A DNA stretch of 64,000 nt from Antedon mediterranea (Eukaryota; Animalia; Echinodermata): the NCBI RefSeq assembly GCF_964355755.1, contig NC_092676.1, forward strand, positions 7,355,888 to 7,419,887, written 5' to 3'. The notes below the pieces were generated by a model, which was not told the origin of the DNA, made no database searches, and was given only the letters and a program-made list of their open reading frames with translations. Made by a program: the position numbers and the translations under genes. Shown piece after piece: positions 1 to 27,200 of the stretch. The stretch's first letter is position 1; each line of letters opens with the position of its first letter.

Positions 1-247
1 ACCCCCCTTCCCTTTTTCTACCTTCTCCCCACACATCTATGTGCAGTATTATAGTAATTCCCCATGTCTTTACGATTGAAATCTGGGGAATTTCACCAAA
101 AACCTATAAAAAAAATGTTGTCCAAATTTGATTACAAAATAGATAAATTTATGGCCATTAATATGAAAATAATAAAATAATTTAGTTTAAAATCCTGTAA
201 GTTGCCTTGAATTTGTATTAAATAAAAAAAAATGTTTTTCTTTTCAG

Positions 248-15240
<14,993 letters not shown>

Positions 15241-15287
15241 ATAACATTTTTTGAATTCTAGTTGCAGCCTAAATACTTCGATATTAC

Positions 15288-15390
15288 TTTTTAGTCGCGT
15301 GGACGCGACTCTATAGTTCACTATGTCGGTCGGTCTGTCCGGTATCACTATGCGTTTTAGCACGCGACTTATGGCTGTTGGCCTTGTTTT
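15288..15390 (+). mobile_element. Short DINE-1/HINE-like element in CTR9 3' UTR (relative at ~47778-47870)
   Basis: TT-AGTCGCGT/ACGCGACT inverted repeat, (GTCG/GTCY)n microsatellite, second ACGCGACT, small hairpin, TTGTT end. Confidence 0.7.
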
Positions 15391-16449
15391 TACTAGTTGA
15401 ATGATCAAAAGAAAGCAACAACTGTGTGAATATTGCTAATTATGAAATGTTTAATGTGGCCCTGACACTAAATTGTAAACTGTTTTTTTAATAATAAGAA
15501 TTTCAATAGCTTCTTTTAAAGAAGAAAAATGTCTATGAGAGAATAACATTTGACAGGTTCAGTGTATTTAAATACTTATAATGTTAAGCAGAGATGTAAC
15601 TAGAGAAACCTAGGTATGAGTGTAAAAAAACTAAGAGTAATTGGGTGACCCTGCCTACCTGTACCAACACAATTTCATCCATCTTTGAGACTATTTTATA
15701 TTGAAATCTGTAGCATAACTCAAAGGGCAAAGACCCATTTTTTTAGCACTTCTAAGGAGCTCCCCAACCCAATGCTGGGTAATTCTATTGGGCTCCTCAT
15801 ATCATGCTCTGGGCCCCTTAAGCTCTGGGGCCCCTGGCTTTAGCCAGTAAGCGCTTATCAGCTGTTACGCCACTGAGTGAAAAGTATAGCATTTGGACAA
15901 GGTTAGCATGGCTCTGTGCAAACATTTCAAATCGTGTGTGACACAGCACTTTCAATCATAACCTAATCAGCAGTTGTGTTTAATAAACATTGCATCTTGG
16001 TCGACTTTTGACATAATATTATTATGGTCTAAACTTGGTATTGTTTCTGTCTATGAACTATTAAAAAATGCCTGCCTCATCTGTCCTTGCTAAATATACA
16101 TTTTAGGCAATTATAATTGTACTACGTATTACTACGCATCATTATTTTTTTTGTAAATCTCATTTAAAAAATCCCAATACCTGTATTTAAATCTTAATTT
16201 ATAATCTTGGTCTGTGTACTGAATCATGTGTTACTTTAACGTTTTTCTTCTCAACCTCTTTGTTAATAAATACAATAAAGTGTAGCAATTTTGTTTATCT
16301 TGTAATATTTACCAGCTATGTCAACCAATTGTTTGTTTGCTCTGACAAGAAAATAAGTAAGTTCTGGTTACGTAATGATAAGGATAATATTACAGTTTGG
16401 CAACTTTTTGGAAAAAAAATCCCTGTGTATTTATTGTATTATTAGGAAA

Positions 16450-16596
16450 ATTGCGGCCCGGCTCGATTTAAGGTTGACGACCGCCGGACGTTATTGATTT
16501 CGTATTTTACCATCAACCAAAGGAAAGAAGACGAAAACACATGTGTTGGTTTTTGCGATAATTTTGTCATTTTAATTGCTGATTTATTGTTAGTTT
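16450..16596 (+). promoter_or_regulatory. Probable NAT10 promoter / non-coding first exon
   Basis: CpG-containing island ~180 bp after the CTR9 AATAAA signals (16265-16279), CACATGTG palindrome, donor-like GTAAGT at 16597; acceptor AG at 18257-18258 upstream of the ATG. Confidence 0.5.
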
Positions 16597-17096
16597 TGTA
16601 AGTTAATTAGAACATCTTTTGATTGTAATATATAATTAGCCATTATTTGAGTCGGACAACATATAAGCTTCGCAGATAGTTTGTTAAACAAATAAAAAGC
16701 AAGCCTACTAGGCCTAGTAGTAAGTAAGCTTGGCGTAGTAGTAGGAGTTAAAGGCCTAGCTAGCTAGGCTAGATAGGACTCGAGCGAGGCCTAACTAGGA
16801 TTGTCGAGCAGCAGCGTTGCATGTTGCTAGTCGGTGCTAGATAGCTATAGGCCATAAAGGTTAAGGACATGCAGGTTACTTGGTTAGTTAGGCCTACCGG
16901 GCTAATCCTAACTAGCCCTACTAGTAGTAGTCTAGGTAATTAATGAATGAGGTCGAGGAACAGTTAATTTAAATTAAAAACGATTAATTACATTTTTTTT
17001 ACCGTTATCATAATAATTTTGTTTAAAAATTATTAACACTGGACTGCTTTTCTTTATATTTATTATTAATAAATGTAAAACTTGCATAAAATATTT

Positions 17097-18185
17097 GGGT
17101 GTCACGAAAGCTCAGACCACGAAAGCTCAGACCCCCTAAGACCTAACTAAGATCACGAAAGCTAAGACCCAACACCTATAATTACAAATATTTATCTTTC
17201 GCACCTGCCTTGTATTTTAACTCCCAACATTTATTCTGAATACCACACCTTAGAATTGGCACTTTCATGAAAATGAATCGCATAAAAAGTAACAAATACA
17301 TTTTTAAATTGATGATTTTACAGACGTTTTTCTCGCACACAAAATGACTAGCCTACAGTACAGTAGGCCTACCCCATGGGCCATGTTCAATGTTTTTGTT
17401 TCTATGGAACGTCAAAAGAGCAAAAATTATATAGAGGGCTGAAAACTCTGTGGAGTCCATCTACAGTGTGGATGGAACAATGTAAAATTAAAATTGTAAT
17501 GATAATAGTATAATCATGCAAGTACGAAGAAATAAATACTGGCAAATAAATTTTAATTTAAAAATCATGATAAGTTTTTTTGTTTCGTTTTCTTTCTGTT
17601 TTTATACTTGTACTATTATTGTTGCTCTTTTGGCGCTCCATAGAAACAAAAACATTGAGCATGGGGAGCTCGAGGAGTTACATTGTCATTACAGTATACA
17701 AAGAAACACATCTGTAAAATCATCAATTTAAAGGATTTATTTATTTGTTATTATGCGTTTCTCCTTCTGAAAGTACTTATAAGTCCTAATTTTAAAGTGT
17801 GGTGTTCAGGATAAAGTTAGTCAACAAATTTGGAGTCAAAATACAAGAAAGGCAGGTGCGTAAGAAAAACATCCTCTGAAGCAACACAATGGTGTAAATA
17901 TATACCAACAAACAACCCGTCAAGTTTGTTTGTTGTAAAGAAAAAATATACATTTACTCAACGGGCGAAAATAATGTGAGTTTATCTATGTTTTGCGGTA
18001 GTATTAAATTATATTATGGTAATAAATGAAACCTACTGTGTTTAAAATTATGTATGGATAAACAAGTATTGTTTTTAAGCTGTAGTATATCTTAGTATTT
18101 GTAATCTTAGGTGTTGGGTCTTAGCTTTCGTGATCTTAGGTCTTAGGGGGTCTGAGCTTTCGTGGTCTGAGCTTTCGTGACACCC
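17097..18185. mobile_element. Mutator-like (MULE) non-autonomous element with long TIRs and 10-bp TSD
   Basis: TIR GGGTGTCACGAAAGCTCAGACC... (~95 bp with internal repeats) and its reverse complement; TAAAATATTT on both flanks (17087-17096, 18186-18195). Confidence 0.85.
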
Positions 18186-18290
18186 TAAAATATTTACTTC
18201 AAAATGGTCAAAATTGGGTCCGCGAATAATATTTAAATGATTATTTTTGTTTAAACAGTATCTTAAAAGAGAGGCACACACAACGACAAC

Positions 18291-21200
18291 ATGGTTCGAA
18301 AAAAAATTGATAACCGAATCCGTGTCCTAATTGAGAATGGTATAGCCCTTGGACATCGGAGCATGTTTGTGGTTGTTGGCGATAAAGGGAAAGACCAGGT
18401 AAGTGAAATAAACCATTGTAATATGTAAACTGGCATGTACTGGCATAGATTTGTCCTTGTATACTGCTCTAATTAATGTACATCGCTTTGTTCTTCTTTT
18501 TTGGAATGCGCTTTATAAATCTATATAGTATAGTATAAAATGTCTGAAGTTTTAAAACAGAGAAACACTCTCGTAACAAGAGGTTCCACACATACAAAAT
18601 ATTTTAAAAAATCGAGTCATAGTTACAATATATAGTTCACAATTACAAAACGTCAGGCAGTACAAATTCTTCAGACCTAGTATTAACAATAAAAAATATC
18701 TAAATATAAATTTGTTTTTCAATATGTACCATACAGTACAGTAGCTTTAATATTAAAGATGATTTACTATTATTGTCCAAAATGGAGCAGATTGTTTTAT
18801 CTTGGTATAAATCGTATATGTCGTCTAGTAATATGTGATGCCTAAATTCTGTTGAACCATTTATAAAAATATCATTTGTTTTTATTTTTTGCAGGTGGTT
18901 ATTTTACATCATATGTTATCCAAAGCCTTGGTGAAAGCCAGACCAAATGTATTATGGTGTTATAAAAAAGAATTAGGATTTAGTAGGTAAGTATCTGTTT
19001 TGACTTAAAAAGTTATGTCTCATAGTCTACACTATCAAACTTTAAGCTCTGTCTACACTATCAAACAAAATGTTATGTGCCCATATACAGTATTGACATG
19101 ATCATTTCATCACTACCGTATTTGGGTATACTTGTTTTGTCAATCTAGTTTGATAGTGTAGACATAGCTTAGACTTTACCCAGGTAAGTTGGTTTCATGG
19201 GCACATGCTAGATATCTTCCTTTGGATCGTAGGAACCAAATTTTGGTAAATAACTAAGGCTCGGTCTACACTATCAAACTAGTTAACAAACAAATTGTGA
19301 TGTGCCCAAATTTTTGGTATTGATATGCCTAAATTTAGTAGTAATATGGCATCATGATGTTCATATATGGGCATATCACATTGTTTTGTCACTTAACATT
19401 TGATAGTGTAGACAAGGCTTAAGCCTCAACAGGTAGATTTTATGGCGCTATGGTACTTTTGCACCTGTGAGCAATTGAATTTTTTTTAATTGGGTAACCT
19501 CGAAAGAGAGATTGAGGTGCGAAAATGCAGCAGCGCCGATTTTACGATCTTGTAGTACATAAGTAGTATTTTGTTTTACGTTATTGATTTGTAATTCACG
19601 ATGTCACTTTGTCCGTTTTCAGCCATCGGAAAAAGAGAATGAGGCAGTTGCAGAAAAAGATAAAAAATAAATCGTTGAACCTGAATGAAGACGACCCATT
19701 TGAATTGTTTATAGCAGCGACCAACATTAGATACTGTTACTATTCAGAAACCCACAAGATACTGGGCAATACATATGGAATGTGTGTTTTACAGGTAACT
19801 CACCAATTCAGATTTAAGCCTGTGGGCTTATATGCAAGAATCAAATTTACAATATTTAATATCAATTATAGTATCTATGGTCCTGTTTCTGCTGCAAAAA
19901 AATGACCGTTTATTAACCATGTGAATAAGTTAACCCCAATTTCTTTGTAGCAGAAGTAGGAAAAATTTTCAATAACCGGTTAAATGGCAACCTGAAAATA
20001 ATGGTTAAAATCACCCAATCGAATTTGGTGTTAAAACGCCATGTAACCGGTTATTGTTGTGCAACTCTTAGCTGTAGTGCAAAATAACGGTTATGTGATA
20101 GCTGCTGACCTTGTGTAAACTAGTTGACCTATAGTGTTTAATGTTGGGTACAGTTTACTCTTTTTTTTTACTCTTTACAAGGTGTCTGAATACAATACAA
20201 TTATATAATAGATAGGATAGATCAAATAATTATATATATTCATACTAACATGTATATATATTTATATAAGTAAAACTTAAAAAAAGAGATAAGGGAAAGG
20301 GAAGAAAAAAGAGAAAGAAAAGTGAAAGGAGAAGTAAGGGGAAAAAAAAAGAGGAAAAAAAAAAAAAAAAAAAACAATAATAATAATAATAATGATAATT
20401 AATAATAATAATTATAAATAAATAAGGCAGTCAGTTTCTCTCTGTAAAAGAATAACTAAATAGAACAATAATACACAACCAAATACAGTAGAGCTAGCAA
20501 AACAGAGTTGGAGGAGCAGAGTCTTCACATATGAAGTTGGCTCCTAATACGAAGAAGAAGAACTACACTGCAGTGACGTTTGAATTGAGTGCCAGTGCCC
20601 ATTGCATTTTGACATTTCTGTCGACGACCACCCACTGATTTAAACAGTTATTTATGAGCAAAAATTGAGCAGAAATGCAGTCTATATAAAATAAATCTAT
20701 TTTAAAGTAAACAGTTTATTCGCCACTATGCAGCAACAGACCAGTTATATGTTTTTTTTTTAGATTTTAAATTGAATTTAATAATAGAATTTATAAAAAA
20801 AAAAATTTTCTCTAGGATTTTGAAGCCATGACACCAAACCTTCTTGCAAGGACTATTGAGACAGTCGAGGGTGGTGGTATTGTTGTCATACTATTGCGAA
20901 CGATGTCATCTCTAAAGCAGCTGTACACCATGTCGATGGATGTTCACTCGCGTTATCGTACAGAAGCGCATCAAGATGTGGTTGGTCGATTTAATGAAAG
21001 GTTAGTAAAATACTTGTTCAAGCACCTTTCACACACGACAACCCCCAACCACCCTTCGCACACGTCCACCCCAACCATCGTTCACACACATCAACCATCA
21101 ACCTCAACCATCCTTCACACACGTCAACCCCAACCACCCTTCACACACGACAACCCCCAACCACCCTTCACACACGTCAACCCCAACCATCCTTCACACA

Positions 21201-24200
21201 CGTCAACCCCAACCATCCTTCGCACACGTCCACCCCAACCACCCTTCACACACGTCAACCCCAACCATCCTTCACACACGTCCACCCCAACCATCGTTCA
21301 CCTTCATAAAAGTGTTTTATTCAAATAACATCTACCAGAACTCAAGCTACTCAAACTAAGGCAATTTAACAACAGGACACAGCTCGCCTTGCCAAGATAT
21401 ATGAACTCGTAACAGTCCTTTGATCTTATGTCTGGCTGCAACATATACCAACACTACTGGTACTCTACGGTGTGCAGTGTCTGTTAAGTTGCGTGGAACT
21501 AATCATGTTGCAGCCACAGATAAATCCTTTGATCTCCGGAGCTCAGCATCCTGTTGTTAGTTTGCCTTGTTCAAACCTTCCATTAATAAATAGCAATACT
21601 TGTCTATAAAAATATCATTTCCATATAAACTTGGCTCAAGTTGGAGGCATGTTGGGCACAATATTTTTGAGAACAGTCCATTATTATGTGGAAGAATTCA
21701 TAATTAATATGAAATATTTGTTATTGTTATTTTGTAGATTTTTATTGTCATTAGTGTCCTGTAAAGAGAGTATGGTGATTGATGACCAATTACAGATACT
21801 GCCACTGTCGTCACATGTGTTAACTATCACACCTGTGCCACCTAAACCAAAGGTACATACAGTAATTCTGTCCTGTAATATTTTTTGTTGTATTCATTGC
21901 CATGGTATACCATGCCATCATAGGCATTTTAGATATTATTCATTTTAATGCTAAAACGGTTATTTTTTCTAAAAACTGTCCAGATATACAGTGGCCAAGT
22001 CTCTGTCTTGTTGGCATAACTTGGCCGTAGCCTGATTCGCTGTTAGTTCTTACTATCCTATTCAAATACACCATTATTTACTATTTAAGGCCAATTTACA
22101 TAGACGAGTGGTAACATTAAGCGGAAAACCGTGTAGCTTGTCCCATGTAGAGTCTGTATCTATTCTCAGCGGAAACCACATGTCCGCTCCACGTTGTGCG
22201 TAAATAGTCATAAGAAATAACATAGCTGTCTATGTTTGTATTAACGTTACCACTCGTCTCTGTAAATTGGCGTTACAGGACAGTTTTATATTATTAAATC
22301 GAAACGTAGCACACGTATATATTGGTTCAACGTAAAGAAATTATATAGTATTGTAAATAATTATTAATTTTTAGGATGAATCTTTGAGTCCTAATGATCA
22401 AGAACTTGCGAGTTTAAGGGAGTCATTGCAGGATACACAACCAGTAGGCACACTTATTAACTGCACTAAAACACTTGATCAGGTAAGCAATTGATATTGT
22501 ATACATGGGTTCAAGGATGTAGTCAATCAGATGTGCTGAAACGAGTCATGTGTGCACTCTTTATTTTTCACTGGAGTGCAAAAAGAAAAAGCATCTACAC
22601 ATTATACTATAGCCTCAATCTTTCTTTTTTATCTTTGGAAGGCTAAAGCCTTGTTGAAGTTTGTTGAAGCTATTTCTGAGAAGACTCTGAGATCAACAGT
22701 TTGTATGACTGCTGCACGTGGTAGGGGCAAGTCGGCTGCTCTCGGGCTTGCTATGGCAACTGCTGTTGCATTCGGGCAAGTAAAATAATGATTTTCTTTG
22801 TATTATTTATTATTATGTTTTGTACGTTAGAATGGTCCTGCTTAGCACTTTTATAACTTGAGCATATTATTTATTTTTATAGATATTCCAATATATTTGT
22901 GACATCTCCTAGCCCTGAAAATCTTAAAACTTTATTTGAATTTGTTTTCAAAGGATTTGACAGTTTAGAATATCAGGTAAATATAACCAACATTATTGGG
23001 TTTTATTCTCATGTTTTGCTATCACTAATTCTCATATAATTAATTGAAAAATTGATGGAGCATAGACTTCATTATTTAGTATTTTGTGAATCTGTATTCA
23101 ATTCAACATTTATTTCGACCAAAATCAGCAAAAATGTATAAAAACAAAACAACAAAGCATTTGGTTAAGTAACGACATAGAGACTCAAAAAAGTCTTATC
23201 ACTGTCGTACCTCCTCATGACAGATAATAATTACATAAGGTGTGTAAAAATAGAGACAATTTTACAATCAATCACAAAAAAACCAAAAAATTTAACAGTT
23301 GACGGTCTGTAGTCAATGAACAAGAACATAAATTGTAATTCTAACTATGAATATTCATCAGGAACACATGGACTATGAGCTCGTCCAATCAACCAATCCT
23401 GATTTCAACAAGGCAGTCGTTCGTGTCAACATCTTCAGAGAACACCGGCAGACAATCCAGTACATTCATCCGTCTGATGCTCACAAGCTAGGCCAGGCAG
23501 AGCTGGTTGTCATTGATGAGGCCGCAGCAATTCCTCTTCCTTTAGTTAAGAATCTGCTAGGCCCGTATTTGGTATTCTTGTCATCAACAATCAATGGGTA
23601 ATGTAATCATCATATAATGATGTGTAAAGGCCAACACAGACAGCATTATACGACAAGGCCCAATGAAACGTCTTGACTCGTTGATACCGTCTCCGGTGGA
23701 ATTCTGACGAGACAAGTCGTCTTGGGATAGCCTTGGGTAGTTTTAGGTGGTTAGGGCAATTTTGCACCAACGAGACGAGCTTCGTTGTACGATGCTATCT
23801 GAGTTGGCCTTAATAAAAATAGGACAGATACACATTGGACATTAATCTTTCATTCAACATTTGTTGTTTATATCTCTTTCAACTCTTCTTCAACATTGAT
23901 CTTGCAAAAAAAACTGTTTTTCCGGAATGAGGTTTCTAGAATGAATTCCCATTGATAAACAGAATTAGGACCTTCTTAGTTATTCCGGGTATCCTCTAGT
24001 ACAGAGTGCTCAATTACAGTAATAAAACCCTAGTGGTCTAATGGTAGGATGTCTGTATGTCAAGCAGAGTTTGGGTGGCTTTTTCCCACAGATTTCCTCA
24101 TCTATGCCTGTAAAATGAATATGAATGCACAAAGAAGAATTTAAAATGAATGACTTTTATATTCATTTCTTTTAGGTATGAAGGTACAGGTAGATCATTG

Positions 24201-27200
24201 TCTTTAAAGTTGCTCCAACAGTTACGACAACAGAGTTCATCTGTAGGATCAAACACCAAAGGAGGTGGTACCAAAAGCACTGATGCTGGGGCCTCTGCAT
24301 TTGGTAAATATTTTATTTTTTTTGTAATTTCTTGAATTTTGTATTATATTCTACTCTTCTCCTATCCAAATCAAACTTCTATATGAATTTATTTCTGGTC
24401 ACTCTTTAGTATCCTGTCTGCATACTAGCTTTATCAAAGGCAATTATATTTTGATCCTAGTCAGTCAGTAATCGAAATCTATTGTACTTCTAAGAAGGTT
24501 AAAGCGTAGCAGTTTCTGACACAGCTGATTTTCCACTAAGTAAATTTGTTCGCACAAATCCAACATTTTGCAGTAAAAAAGAAATTGTGCTACACTTTCC
24601 ATGGTAAGAGTGAATAGCTGTGATTTTCATGTTCATCGTGTGTCTGCTGAGCTTTTCGATTCGCATAAGTGCTCATGAATTTTTTTTAGCTCTTTTGGTT
24701 GTGGAATTTTTTTTCGCTTCACTCATTTTTGTATAATTTATTATTTTGTATGTTTCAATTTTGTATATTTTTATTGGTCTAGGTACATGCATGTAAAAGT
24801 TACCCACAATCTGGCCTTTGGCCACTAGTGGTAACTTGTGGCATGGTGGTGTCTAATGTTTTTGATGTTTTATATGAAATAAAAGAATAATATAAATGAT
24901 TGAGCTACCAATTTCACGGAAGCGAAAAACTCAAGGAACTAGAATTCGTCGCAGAGAGGAATTTGGAAGATAGAAGCATGAATACGTATACATATTTTAT
25001 AAGCATGAATATGTATACATATAATGTTACACTTTCGATTTGCGTGAACAAATTGGTCTAGTGGAAAATCGGCTTAAGAACTAAGATTCCTAGCTGTTGC
25101 TGTAATTGCATTAATTGAATAATGTTTTCCTGTTTAATTCCTAGGCCGTGTATTGCATGAGGTCGTGTTGAATGAATCCATTAGGTACTCTCCAGGAGAT
25201 GAGGTTGAAAGCTGGTTAAATTCTCTACTGTGTCTCAATGTTGCTGAGGTGCCTAGGATAGGATCTGGATGCCCCTTGCCGGATGATTGCGATTTATATC
25301 CTTAATTTTTCTGTTGATTGTCCAGCGCTTATTAATAAGGCACCTTGCATTTTGCACTGTATTAAATCGAACTTTATTATTATTATTAGTTAATGCTATG
25401 TAATTTGTTTCTACATTTGACCTTAATTTTGGTCAATAAGTCAATCAATGTTTTTAGGCTAAAATTTGAATGTAGAAAGTATATTTCATGTTTTTTGGGG
25501 ATTTTTTATTAAATGTTCGTATAAAATTATGTACGTTAAACCAGTAATAGATACGTATGTGTAACTGGATGTTAGTGGTTGCGTTGCTCTACAAATTACT
25601 ATCAAAGCTACTCCTAGCAACCACTAACATCTAGTCATTGCCAGATGAAGATTTAATGACAAGTCGAAACGTTGCACATGTACATATTTATTAGTGGTTA
25701 ATTTAATGTAAAGAATTGTATACAGATATTGAATATAAAACCAGATGAAAACATTTTTCAAAGATAAAATACATTTTTGAAATGTAAAGAATTGTATAGA
25801 GATAATGTAATTTATCTTAAAATAGCCATTTTCTGTGTGTGTGTTTCTTAACAATATCCACATATTATGTGAATAGAGATTCATTATTTAGTTACCACAA
25901 AGGTTCTGAGGTGTTTCTTCAGAGGTTAATGTCCATCTATGTAGCAGCTCACTATAAGGTATGTAAGTCTCAATATGTCCATCATCTATACACAACATTT
26001 GGCTGTCAAAGATGTGCGGTATTTTCCCCAAAAAACATGAAAAGTGAAGATTAATAAAATCAGACTTTAAATAGGCCATTTTGTAATTTTAATCAAGTTA
26101 TTCACTTCCATATAAAAAATATGAACACAAATAATGGTTTAACTTATAATAAGACAAAATAAACTGTTAAATTTAACCAAAACCCCTTTGTCTGACAGAC
26201 AATTTGACTATTTTTTGCTTTAAATTAGAATTTTTAAGGTACTGTAAATTATTATTTTTTTGATGCAATTTTTTGTTAAAGTTAATAACTATTATGTGAC
26301 ATTAAAATGGCATATTCAACAACAAAATTATTTTTCAGGTGGACAATATATATTTAAAGCTCTCTCTGCTCTATCAAACTAGTGTGATATGTTTAAATAT
26401 TGTAGTGATATGACATCATCATGTCCATATATGGGCACATCACATTTTGTTGTCACATAGATAGTGTAGACAGAGTTAAGGTTATATAATTTGATTTGTT
26501 CCCTGATTATCACTCAGCCTCTTGGTGCTCTATTCTAAACCCATACCTAGGTTACCCCAGCAAGGAGATTGTTCAATATAAGATTTAAAGATGTATTGTC
26601 CCCCTGAAAAAATAATTCTTAACAAAATTGTTGTTGAATATGCCATTTTAATGTAACATAATAGTTATTCACTTTGACCAAAAATTAGATAAAAAAAAAT
26701 GTATTTACCTGAAAAAAATGTAATTTAAAGCCAAAAATTGTCAAATTGGCTGCCAGCCAATGGATTTTGGTTGAATTTAACCATTTATTTATTCAATTTA
26801 TAGGTGAAAACATTATTTGTTTTAATTTTTTTTCTATGGAAGTGATTAACTTTAATAAAACTACAAAATAACATATTCAAAGTCTGATTTAATTTATCTT
26901 CATATTTCATGTTTTTGGGGGACAATACATCTTTAAATGAAATTTTTTTTGTTCTATTTCTCCTTCAAATTAGAATACACCAAATGATCTTCAGTTGTTA
27001 TCAGATGCCCCAGCTCATCATATCTTCTGTTTGTTAGGACCAGTAGACACTACACTCAACACGTTACCAGAGGTGCTCTGTGTATTACAGGTATGTCTAA
27101 ACAGATATTGATTTTCAAGAAATGTCTTTGTATACTAAACAATGACAAAAAAATATTTTAATATTATTATAATAATTCCATATATAATGTACAACAATCA

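Noticed and set aside
18570-18588. TCGTAACAAGAGGTTCC resembling 18S helix 45, raising the idea of a SNORD13 guide in NAT10
   Set aside because: Same sense as rRNA rather than antisense on the host strand, imperfect, and no C/D boxes; no CCTTGTTACGAC element noticed in any intron.
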